From contig NC_091994.1 in NCBI RefSeq assembly GCF_044704955.1, positions 89,156,001-89,220,000 on the forward strand: a stretch of DNA of 64,000 bases, written 5' to 3'. Positions 1 through 11,413 of this stretch are shown here, in pieces. Each line of letters opens with the position of its first letter. Position 1 is the first letter of the stretch. The DNA comes from Pristiophorus japonicus. Taxonomy: Eukaryota. Under the pieces are notes generated by a model, which ran no database searches, was not told where the DNA came from, and saw only the letters and a list, made by a program, of their open reading frames with translations. A program made the position numbers and the translations under genes.

Positions 1-1224
1 AATGCTACCTTTCGTCTTCCAAATGTTTAACTGGGGAAATTTCAGCTCACCCAAGATTGGATATTGGACAAGCAGCCTGACAAAACAGAGGGGTCGAGAC
101 ATATAATGGAGAACTGGAGCTGAATGTCATCAGCGTACATGTGGAAGGTGACTCCATGTCTGCGGATAATGTCACCAAGGGACAGATGAAGAACAGGAGG
201 GCTCTATGGACAGGTCTTTGGGGGATTCCAGAGGTAGCAGTGTGGGGAAGTGCTGGCATCAGAAAAAAAATGACCATTAAAGCTAACAGACTGTCATAAA
301 ACACAGCTTAATGTCCTTCAGGGAATGGAACCTGTCACATCTACCTAGTGTGGCCTACATGTGACTCCAGTCCCACACTAGGTGATTGATTTTTAATGCC
401 CACGCAAGAAGTCGGCCCACCACGCTATTCTCAGGCAACCAGGGACAAGTAATAAATGCAGTCTTGTCAGTGTCATCCACATCCGGAGAACAAAAAGTCT
501 GTGAAACTGGTGTTTTTCGATTGGTTCCTGGTAAAGTTTAATAAATAGATCTGTTTATATGGACAATTGTTGTTTTCAAGTTCCTAGTATTAAATACAAT
601 TTAGAACACATTAAAAAAAAGTATTCCATTGTTTGTCAGACATATAAAATGCTGCAAACAATTACTGAATTCAACAACGTGCATGGGATTTTCAAGTAAG
701 CGACTCCAGAAAATGTTGCAGTTTATGCTTCACCTGAGGAAATTAAATGAGTGGAGGAACAGTAAATAAATTCACGGCTGCTTTAATAAACAAGCAACCC
801 TTTGTATATAGCTATTTAAATAATTAATCTCAGGAAGAAGTCCAAACGTAAGTGGCTTCTGTTGTTTTCAGATCGTTATACAAAAAATGCAGTTCCCTGA
901 CAGGTTTCTAGGCTTTTCTACTGAACTAAGAGGGGGCTGGGTCCAAATAGCAAGTAGTTGCTTGCAGGCTGTGTGAATGTTAATGAGACTTATAAAGGAA
1001 GGATGCCTACATGCTTTTTTGGCAACAAAATGAAGAATCTCGCTGTGGTCGATATGACAGTACTCAAATCAGGAAGGACTGAGACATTTACATGATTCAG
1101 TTGCCAGCTTCTGTGCTGTGACTGACAGATGCTTATTGACTTTGGTGAATACAAGTAACATCGAGATGTACAGGAATAGGCAACGAGTGGTTAGGATCTG
1201 GAATGCACTGCCTGATTCTCCTCT

Positions 1225-1466
1225 TAGGCGTTCCCTCGTATCGAGGATGACTTGCTTCCACACCAAAAAGGGATGAGTTGGTAAGTGTTTCAATGAAGGA
1301 CCTGATAGTCCAGGTCCCGAACTACATGTTGAAGATGCCTGTGCGTGGATTTTTTAACGTGGGGTGGACACTGCACACCAGCCACCACACGGGCTTGACA
1401 GAGCTAGGTCTTGGTCCAGTGGCAAGGATTAACCACGACGACTGGAGACCAGCTCTGCTGCACTGA
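1225..1466 (-). mobile_element. RTE-derived non-autonomous element (5'-truncated), inserted in a CR1 3' fragment (~1170-1672)
   Basis: Reverse complement matches 2610-2850 and 17145-17398. Confidence 0.8.
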
Positions 1467-1699
1467 TCGAGTGTATTACCTGATAGGGTGGTGGAAACAG
1501 ATTCAATAGTAGCTTTCAAAAGGGAATTGGCTAAATACTTGGAAGAGAAAAAATTGCAGGAATATGGGGAAAGAACGCGGGGATTGGGACTAACTGGATT
1601 GCTCTTCGAAAGACCCGCGCAGACTCGATGGGCCACATGGCCTCCTTCTGTGCTGTACTATTCTATGATTTTATGAAATCAGCAAAGCCCAACCCAGTA

Positions 1700-3270
1700 A
1701 GAGCAGAAATTTTCTCCAATTAAATATTGGGAAGACCGAAGCCACTGTCTTTGGTCCCCATCACAAACTGCGTTCCCTAGCCACTGACTCCATCCCTCTC
1801 CCTCGCATTTATCTGAGGCTAAACCAGACTGTTCGCAATCTAGGCGTCATATTTGAGAAATGAGCTTCCAGCCACCAATTCCCATCTCCGTAACATTGTC
1901 AACCTCCGCCACTGCCCCAGCTCTTCTGCTGCTGAAACCCTCATCCATGCCTTTGTTACCTCTAGACTTGACTACTCCAACACACTCCTGGCTGGCCTCC
2001 CACATTCTACATTATGTAAACTTGATGTTATTCAAAACTTGGCAGCCCGTGTCTTCACTGAACAGCCTCCATTGCAAGTATATCCTGTTCTGTGTGTATA
2101 TCCTCCCTTAGTCCATCGTGGGCCACCCCGACCTGCGAGAGAACACCACCACAGGTCGGGATACAAAGAGCTGGATCATGCCACTGCAGCTTCCAGTGCG
2201 AGCTGATACAAGTGTGCGATGGCTTCGAGGTGTGCAACTGGGTGACATCACCAGGATCCAGGTTGCCGTTTGGAGCGTGGGCAGGAGCATCGGTGGGGCC
2301 GTGGTAAAGCAGAGGAGCGGAAGGTCGTGGCGGACTTGCGACGAGCGATCGGGGTGGAGGAGTGATGAGGGATCGTGGCTAAGATTTGGTGGGTGATCAT
2401 GATGGAGGTTCGGCGAATGTTGATCATGGCAGAGGTGCAGCGAATGTTTTTGTGGTGGAGGGACGGTGGGGTATCGTGGCAGAGGTGTGGCGAGTGTTTG
2501 TGGCGGAGGAGCGGCGAGAGATCGTGGCGGAGATGTGGCAAATGAGGGTGTGGGGCCCAAAAGAGCCGAGGGCCCAGGGGCAGCAGTGTGCGCACTAGGT
2601 TCGTGCAGCAGCGCAGGTCTCCAGTCATCCTGGTTAACCCTTGCCACTGGATAAAGGCCTAGCTCTGTCAAGCCCGTGTGGTGGCTGATGTGCAACGGTC
2701 ACCACACGTTAAAAAAATCCACGCACAGGCATCTTCCACCCCTTCAATTGGAGTTCAAGACTGGAACATCGGGTCCTTCATTGAAACATCTGTGAACTCA
2801 TGTGGAAGCAAGTCATCCTCGTTCGAGGGGCCGCCTATGATGATGATAATGATGAACTTGCACCAGTCCCAATCACCCATCACCCCTGTGCTCGCTGACC
2901 TCCGGTTAAGCAACGCCTCGATTTCAAAATTCTTATCTTTGTTTACAAATCCCTCCATGACCTCGCCCTCCCTATCTCTGTAATCTCTTTCAGCTTCACA
3001 ACCCCACGAGATGTCTGCACTCCTCAAATTCTGTCCTCTTGAACATCCCTGATTATAACTGCTTGTACCCTAAGCTCTGGAACTCCCTCCTCTCTTTCCT
3101 CCTTTAACACGCTCCTTAAAACCTACCTCTTTGACCAAGCTTTTGGTCATCTGCTGTAATTCCTTCTTATGTGGCTCGATGTCAAATTTATCTGTTTTGT
3201 CTTATAACACTGCCGTGGGACATTTTACTATGTTAAAGGTGCTATATAAATAAAAGTTGTTGTAGTTGTC
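1700..3270 (+). mobile_element. L2-type LINE 3' fragment, split by an insertion at ~2056-2853
   Basis: AETLIHAFVTSRLDYSNTLLAGLP peptide; tail GCTATATAAA..GTTGTTGT; similar to 5500-6070. Confidence 0.8.
2056..2853 (+). mobile_element. RTE-derived non-autonomous element, longest copy in the window, with a degenerate G-rich tandem middle and (GAT)n tail
   Basis: Shares the RTE 5'UTR block and the RTE 3' tail GGAAGCAAGTC...GCCTATGATGAT. Confidence 0.8.
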
Positions 3271-4356
3271 TAACCAAGCACTCCACAAATTGAGCTTCTG
3301 GCTCACAACACAGGAGTAGGCCTTTCCAAGATGATGTTTTCCAAAGATTTATAGCACTGGACAGGCAACTCAATAAGACAGGTTTGTGTTGCTTTTAACT
3401 GTGAACTCTCAGCTGGGGGAATCAAACCAACTTCATAACACTTTTGGAGTATTTTGATTGGTTCAGCTTCTCTCTTTTTAGTAGTAGCTGTTTCAAGGAA
3501 AGTGGGTATGTATTGAAAGAAATATATAAAAAGATACAAGGGCATGGAAATGGAGTTAAGAGTACATAAATAGTACCAGTGTGATACTGCCCATTTTTGA
3601 TCTGTAGTTTTTTTGAAATACCGATTGATAATTTTCATTCTTGCTTGGTAGTTGGTATGGGGCCTACATGTCCAGTTGTTACTCATTGCTGATTTCTGAA
3701 TTTGACATGTCACCTAATGATGTGCAAATCGCTAGAATATATTAAAAGTCTTGCATATATCAACACTCTCCTATGTCGACCTAGTTCCTGTCACACTTCG
3801 TTGATTTCACAAGCAAGATTTCAATTATTCAGTCACCATATTTTAGTGATCCTAAAAATGCACTATACATTAAATGACGTAATATCTATCATTATAAAGT
3901 GTATTCCCCAACTCAAAGTGAGTGACACCACAAGAGATCTCCTAATATATATTTATTTATTAGCAGATATTCATTAAATTGCTCATGGCGGGCTGGACAA
4001 TGCATTATTTTATACGGGAAGGAGTGTTATAATATGCAATGCACAATGGTATTCTGATGATACAGTGGAGCAGTGTCCCTTTAAGGTCATAAAGTCTCAT
4101 CTTTAAGTCGACAATGTCGCAGGTCATTGCCTTTAATTGTTTGATCAAATAACTTTGCAAATTGGAATGTGGTGAGTTTCAGGCTCCATCTGAGGACAGT
4201 TGTTACAATTGTTTTGAAGCATTAAAAAAGTGTAACGTGTGTGTGTTGATTTCCTATTTTTACTATATTACTGGATTTCCTATAGTTCACAGTAAGTCGG
4301 AGGTTGATCTGCTTTCTAAGGTTAGGAGTGTTGAACTGTGGAACACACGGTATATT

Positions 4357-5097
4357 CTCCAGTGCGCCAGTGCAGCCTTCGGCCGCCTGAGGAAAAGAGT
4401 GTTTGAAGACCAGGCCCTCAAAACTGTCACCAAGCTCATGGTCTATAGGGCTGTAGTAATACCTGCCCTCCTGTATGGCTCAGAAACATGGACCATGTAC
4501 AGTAGACACCTCAAGTCACTGGAGAAATACCACCAACGATGTCTCTGCATGATCCTACAAATCTCCTGGGAGGACAGACGCACCAATGTTAGCGTCCTCG
4601 TCCAGGCCAACATCCCCAGCATTGAAGCACTGACCACACTTGATCAGCTCCACTGGGCAGGCCACATAGTTCGATTGCCAGACACGAGACTCCCAAAGCA
4701 AGCGCTCTACTCTGAACTCCTTCACGGCAAACGAGCCAAAGGTGGGCAGCAGAAACGTTACAAGGTAACACCCTCAAAGCCTCCCTGATAAAGTGCAACA
4801 TCCCCACTGACACCTGGGAGTCCCTGGCCAAAGACCGCCCTAAGTGGAGAAAGTGCATCCGGGAGGGCGCTGAGCTCGAGTCTCGTCGCCGAGAGCATGA
4901 AAACCAAGCGCAGGCTGCAGAAAGAGCATGCAGCAAACCAGTCCCACCTACCCCCTTCTCTCAATGACTATCTGTCCCACCTGTGACAGGGACTGTGGTT
5001 CTCGTATTGGACTGTACAGCCACCTAAGAACTCATGTTAAGAGTGGAAGTAAGTCTTCCTCGAATCTGAGGGACTGCCTATGATGATGATGATGATA
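4357..5097 (+). mobile_element. RTE LINE 3' fragment
   Basis: ASAAFGRLRKRVF..LLYGSETW..; C-terminal Zn-finger-like region; (GAT)n tail; possible TSD ATATTCT. Confidence 0.9.
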
Positions 5098-5499
5098 TTC
5101 TTGCTAAAGTAGAAGTGTAGATTATTTTAAGGCTACAAAGTAATTGCTCAGCATTCTTGCAATCACATGCTGATTACTCAGCAAATCTTCAGGTCAATTA
5201 GGAGTCAGACTGGCTTTCTTTCATCATCTTTTTTAAAAATGTGACAGACACATGTGGATGTATATACAGACAGGTGCAGTTATATCTGAGGCTGTATATA
5301 GCTCATTACTTATATCTGGGTACAACATCCATGCATCGAAATATATACAGCCAAGTGCAGGGATAGCTGAGGATATCGCTGTATATAGTTAGTTGCAGCT
5401 GAATATTTCTGGGTTGAAGGGTATATATTCATGTGTGAATGTAAATGTGGGCAGGTGCACGTATGACTACATATAGTGTTCATAACCTGTGTTTATGTA

Positions 5500-6070
5500 C
5501 TCAACAACAATTTGTATTTATATAGCACCTTTAACGTAGTGTTACAAGTCAAAAATGTGACACCGAACCACACAAGAAATTTTGGCAGATGACCAAAAGC
5601 TTGGTTCAAAAAGGTAGGTTTTAAGGAGCATCTTAAAAGGAGGAAAGAGAGGTAGAGAGGTTTAGAGAGGGAGTTCCAGAGCTTAGGGCCTAGGTAGCTG
5701 AAGGCACGGCCACTGATGGCTGTTCGATTATAATCAGTGATGCTCAAGAGGGCAGAATTTGAGGAACGTAGATATCTCCAGGGGTTGTGAGGCTAAAGGA
5801 GATTACAGAGATAGGGAGGGGCAAGGCCATGGAGGGATTTGTAAACAAGGATGCTGGGAGCCAGCGTAGGTCAGCAAGCACAGGGGTGATGGGTGAATGG
5901 GACTTGGTGCAAGTTGGGATGTGGGCTGCCGAGTTTTGGATGACCTTAAATTTACGTAGGGTTAATGTGGGAAGCCAGCCAGGAGTGTGTTGGAGTAGTC
6001 AAGTCTAGAGGTAACAAAGGCATGGATGAGGGTTTCAGCAGTGGATAAGCTGAGGTAGGGGCGGAGATCA
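5500..6070 (-). mobile_element. L2-type LINE 3' fragment
   Basis: AETLIHAFVTSRLDYSN and GRAFSYLGPKLWNSL peptides. Confidence 0.8.
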
Positions 6071-6506
6071 GGGGGGAGGGGGGAGGGAAAGAGATACGAC
6101 CTCATGTTTATATACCTGTGTGGGTGTAGATATAGCCTGCTGATCTGCAGGAATATATATCCTGGTGTTTGTGTACCCAGAATCAGAGTGTATACTCTAG
6201 TGTACACCTCTAGGTGTGTAGCATGTACCTGTGTAGACGTATATTGAGTTGGGTCCAAGTGGGAACAGCCATATTGACAGATTCAGATGCGGGATTCATA
6301 TCACAGTATCTTTATTTGGTATATACCGGTGTGTGGGTGTGGCTGCATTTAGAGTTGGGTCTGTGTGGGTATAAACCCAGGTCGGGTGTGATCGTGTATA
6401 ATGCTAGGTTCTGGTGTGTGTTTTCTGGTGCGGTTACATGCCCGGGTGTGGCTGTCTTGAGGCGAGTCTGGCTGTTTAAGCCTGTACATGTCCCTCCGGC
6501 TCTCAC

Positions 6507-6644
6507 CTGGCTCTCGGCCGCGGGGACGCCGCTCTCCATTTCGCACAGCGCCCGGAAAGTCTCCAGCTCCAGGCCGCCGTCCACCTGCAGAGTGAAGGTG
6601 ATCTCACTCAAGTCGCGCCGCACGCAATAAACGGTGAGCAACAT
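6507..6644 (-). CDS. DDI2: DDI2 (DNA-damage inducible 1 homolog 2) coding exon 1, ubiquitin-like domain start; remainder of gene lies beyond the left edge
   Basis: [46 protein letters not shown] closely matches the vertebrate DDI2 N-terminus. It ends at CAG|GTGAGA (phase 0) within a CpG-rich region. Confidence 0.93.
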
Positions 6645-6949
6645 GGCGTCAACCGGCTGGCAGCACCAACACTCGGGGCCTTGAGCGACGTCCCGGACCG
6701 CGGCCCAGCACCGACTCCCGACCGGACCCAGCGCCGAAACCCGGACGCCGAGCGACTCCTGGACCGGGGCCCAGCAAGCAAACCCGGGCCGCGATCGCTG
6801 ACTACACCGAAACCGGTGATTTGAGCTGGCAGCCGGCGCGCACACACACAGACCAACAGCGCGCTTCACAACCCGCCCAGCCGCACCGCCGCAAACCGCC
6901 TTGGCCACTGTCGAAAAACAAGGCTGCAAATGCCGCACACCGCCGCAAA

Positions 6950-7012
6950 GCAGCGCCACGTGACATGTCGCCATAACACCGCCATCTTGGTGAGGTATAA
7001 TAGAACGGAAAT
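6950..7012 (-). promoter_or_regulatory. DDI2 promoter motifs: E-box (CACGTG 6957-6962), YY1-like CCGCCATCTT (6979-6988), ETS-like CGGAAAT
   Basis: Motif matches at the upstream edge of the CpG-rich region 6500-6990. Confidence 0.45.
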
Positions 7013-8210
7013 AAATTCAGTTCCACATTATATAATCACCTCCCCAACTCCTTACATGCTTCTGCTGTATTCAGTATTGTTAACGCCTAACAGTCGATGT
7101 TCAATGATGGTGACTTTATGAAAATGCATCCTCCCCAGTGCAGAAGTAAGTCTAAACAGAAAAAGACTTCCATTTGTATTGCGCCTTTCACGACCACCTG
7201 ACGTCTCAAAGTGCTTACAGCCAATGAAGTAGTTTTGGGAGTGTAGTCACTGTTGTAATGTGGGAAATCTACCAGTATCCTGAAAGTAAACCACTTGTTT
7301 CGTCTCAACTTGGTACTTACACATTAACTTTTTTTTAAATTCCCAAATGTTTGGTCAACTGCCCCTCATTTTGGGTAGACAGGATTCTCTCTCCCCCAGT
7401 TAATTAAATCCGTAATGAAATGCAGCCTCTTGGTACTCACTCAATTTAGGAATTACTCCCTTGTGTCTAATATTTATTTCAAGAAGCATTTTGACAACTT
7501 TTCCCTGAAGATCTGTGTCCAGAAATTGAATTACTTTTGAAACTGCAGCTAAAGACACCACAACCTAGAAAGCTAGGTTTGAATCACATATTATTTGCGA
7601 ATAATAAATCTTTTCAAGTGACAGCTATATCATCCTGCCTTAACAGCAGTTTGCTTGAGCAAATTACACTTTTCATGCATCTGTATGACATTTTGAAAGC
7701 TTTTGTCAACATGGAAATGTGAAAGAAAATATACATTTTTCTATTTTAACTTACTTTGGACCAGTGTACTGAGCCCTACATAGCAGACGAACGTTCCAGG
7801 GTCGATTCCTCACTAGTGTTCTCAGCCAAGATAGCAGTAAAGTATTTAAATTGGTCTCAGCACATCCAGGGCTAGGAAAGGAAAGAACAAAAACAGGCGG
7901 GGCTATGATGTTCTTCTCCCCATGGTCAAAAAGCCTGCTGACAACTGTCCAGCTGATATTTGACAAATGGTCACATGCGTGAAGTACGAGGCCTGCACTC
8001 CAGCAAAAGGGAGTGCAAAAATAAAAATAGTTACCATCATATTTATGCATCCAAACACCCCAGTAGCAACAACAGAAGGCAGGGTAATTTTGCTGGACAC
8101 CAAGATGCCACTTCATGAGTGGCAAGTGAGACAACATTTATACAAGTGGTGCTGACCATACAACATATTGAGAGTTAAAAGAAACGGAAACAATAAATGG
8201 AATGTTAAAC

Positions 8211-8216
8211 TTTATT
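8211..8216 (-). terminator. Candidate DDOST polyadenylation signal AATAAA
   Basis: AATAAA on the minus strand about 700 nt after the stop, followed by a U/GU-rich tract. Confidence 0.45.
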
Positions 8217-8909
8217 TCCGATGGTCTGGAAAATAAATTTCAAGCAGAAGTTACATCAATGTGGGTGCAGAGACCAGGGGGGAGAAATTATAAATTAAAA
8301 AAGTCATTAGATAAATCTGAAAAGAAATTTCTCTCAGCTCATTTTAATCTCTTGTTGGCCAAAGGGCAAGATCCCTCCGAAGAGAGACCGAGTGGTTAAA
8401 TTAATTCACAGACTCTTTTGATCTGAACTGGTGATAGGCGAATACAAAAACTTGCAGCTTTTCTTGTTCCTGTGTTTATGGAGCTCTCACTGCAATTGGT
8501 GAAGAACCATCAGAAGAGCTAATATTTTCCCATCATCTGACCCAGACATGGAAACAATCGACTTTATCCTCTGAACAGAAGATAAAAACCTGGTTCTCAG
8601 GCAATTTTTTAAGATTTTTTTTTACAAAGTATATATATCCTCCAGAGCAAAATAAAAATCAATACATTGATTAAACAATCAGCACCAGAAGGAGAATTCA
8701 TACACTCACTTTCAGTAACCTGCAGTACACGGCTAACCTCTGATCAACGGAGGGATCAACAGTTGCACCCGAGATGGTATGGGCACCAGGAAATTACCGT
8801 GGCCAGTACAAAAGGTTAGAATTTGCACCCATCTATCACCAATTTAAACCAACTTAAATTCTCAGCAATGGAAATGCCAAGAACACAGCACACACTGCGA
8901 TCCCCCAGC

Positions 8910-9059
8910 TCACTCCGCCTTCTCTTTTTCTTTCATGTGCAAGAAGACCACCGAGAACAAGAAGAGTCCGACCATCATGGAGAAGGTGCTGGCGTAGTAC
9001 GGGTAGGCAGAGGGGATAAAACGCTCATACTGAGTGTGCTGGAGGGGACGAACAGACAC
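8910..9059 (-). CDS. DDOST: DDOST exon 11 (TM helix, KxKxx ER-retrieval tail, stop)
   Basis: [49 protein letters not shown]; AG acceptor. Confidence 0.96.
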   Translation of the reverse strand: MSVRPLQHTQYERFIPSAYPYYASTFSMMVGLFLFSVVFLHMKEKEKAE

Positions 9060-9654
9060 CTTGGAACAAAAAGAAACAGCTTTGGTTAGATTCACGGTAA
9101 GAATACAGTCATTTCTCTACTCGTTTCCAAACTGTCCGGTGAAAATAAAATCTGACAACTCAAAGATTTTACGTCGCACATACCACACAAGCTCCATATA
9201 GTCCATCCCTCCACTACAGATGACTGCTGGAGAGGCCGTGGCCAGAACGGCACCAGAATGGCTGACGGCAGAGGAGTAACAAAAAAAAATGGCGACATTG
9301 CCCCCGCTAGGAAATGCAGCCCTCCTTACAAGAAACATGTGGTTGAAACATGTGTGAAACAGACGATAATCAGAACAAATGATATTCCGCCTTTGCCTGG
9401 AAATGGAAAAATCTGTTCAGGGCCTTTTCTTGGTGGTTCACTCAGCACAACTCGCCCCCCCCCCCCCCCCCATTGAAAGCCACCAACTGGCATGACCACG
9501 AGTATGCAGACCTTCCCAAAACCAAGAACAAACAAGATGCTTCAATCCCTTGACTCACACTACTCCTAGCACATGCTAAGAAGCCTGGATTCATCAATGT
9601 ACTATTCCCACAAGCACCAGGCCATCAAAATGTACAATGATTTCATAAAGCCTA

Positions 9655-10010
9655 GGTAAATATGTCCTTCCTGAGGTGCGGTACCCAAAGCTCGACCCAG
9701 TACTCTAGATGGGGTGTGACCAAGGCTCCAATGCAACCGAAGCATAACTTCCTCCCCTTTGGTATTCCAGTCCCCTTGAGATAAAGGCCAACATTCCATT
9801 AGCCTTTCTGATTGCTTTTTGGACCCGTCGACTAGCTTTTAATGTGTTTACTTGCACTCTCAAATCTTTTTGCTCCTCTTTTCTCACCATTTAGAAAATA
9901 CTATGATTTATCTTTCTGGGGTCCAAAGTGGATGACCTCACACTTGTCCATATTGAAGTCCATTTGGCATGGTTTTTCCCACTCACTTAATCTGCCTATG
10001 TCCCTTTGTA
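9655..10010 (-). mobile_element. Degenerate CR1 fragment
   Basis: KANGMLAFISRGLEY peptide. Confidence 0.7.
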
Positions 10011-10395
10011 ACTTTCTGCACCGATCTGTCCCCCGAACTCAATGTCATTCTCATAACTTTGTGTTATTTCTCCCGCTGTAATTGCAAGCTGCCTCTCATA
10101 GGAATGATCAGCAGTTGCACAAGCAGCAGAGGAATAATTCACATCCTAGAGTCGGAATGATACCTAGGGAAATCTTTTCCAACTTAGATGGAATAGAGCA
10201 GTGAGAGGAAGATGATTTTGTTCAAGGAAGACCCTACAAGGTAAATAACTGATTTCCCCTGCAGCTTCCATATGTCACCAGGATTGATCAGATGAATATT
10301 TTCGATCCTTGCAAGCCATTTACTCAACTAATACACAATAAAGAAAGTTACATTTCAGGCAACATTGCTGGTCAAGTGCACAGCCTGATGCATAC

Positions 10396-10502
10396 CTGAG
10401 TGGAAGAGTAAAGATGGGTGTATCCAAGCCTGTTGTAATCTACTTTAAACTGGAACACGCCGTAAACATCAGGCAGTTTGAACTGCACGCTGTATTTACC
10501 AC
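10396..10502 (-). CDS. DDOST: DDOST exon 10
   Basis: [35 protein letters not shown]; 107 nt, AG/GT. Confidence 0.95.
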
Positions 10503-11413
10503 CTGGGAAAACAAGACATAGATTACAGAACACTTTCACTCTCGCTGAGTTGTATGGCAGGCTCTATATCTACTATGAATTTCATTCTCAAGCTGTAGAG
10601 GTAAGCGAGACAGAGATAAGGTAAACAAAAGTTGGCAGGAACCAAGGGATATGAGGATAGTTTGGGAAGGTAGGGTTGAGGTAGAAGATCCGCAATTATC
10701 TTATTGAATGGTGGAGCAGGCTCCAGGGGCCGAATGGCCAAATTTTTGCTGCCATGCCTTATGTTCTTAAATAAAAGTAGGAGAGAAACAAAGTACTTTA
10801 CATGGCAGGTGCTGACTCCCAGCGTGCATTTCCTGTCTTTGTCGTTGCATTACTCTATCTATTGTGGAATCAGGTCATTTATTCACTAGCCTTTCAACTA
10901 GTCTAGGCTGATGGGAAAAAAGTCTCCTGTCTGAAAGGGTCCTTTGTGAACTGAGCCTGGAGTTTGAATCCAGTCCCATGGAAGCATGCACCAAAAGTAT
11001 AAACCAGACCCTAATTCAAAACTAACTGGCAATCTCACTCATAGGCCACAGGGTGATTGGTGTGGAAAGTGGAAGAAATGTCACACTGATCCAGTAATAG
11101 GATGCCCTTTGAGGTTGTTGGACAGATAGTGAGTTTTTGCTCTGCATAGGGCTGTGCAATATCTGACTTGGGGATGCTTGATGCTGACATAGGTGCCTGA
11201 AATGGAAAGAGTTCCATTTCAACACCGACCCTTCCCCCCGACCTAGGAGGGAACACCGGAGGAGCAGCGGGGATAAAAGCACAGCGCCCAAGGGCACAGA
11301 ACGGCAGTCCCGACCTGACCTGGGTGGGAACAGAGGAGGAGCAGCAGCCACCGCAGGGAGCAGCGCGAGCAGGTAAAAGAGGGCGACAAAGGAGAACAGG
11401 GTGACTACAGGTA

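Noticed and set aside
3303-3713. 136-aa minus-strand ORF in DDI2 intron 1
   Set aside because: No recognisable homology or supported splice structure
1-6500. Search for DDI2 exon 2 (IVYAERPL..)
   Set aside because: No matching peptide recognised; probably beyond the left edge
9084-9321. Possible small TIR element beside DDOST exon 11
   Set aside because: Terminal similarity too degenerate to support
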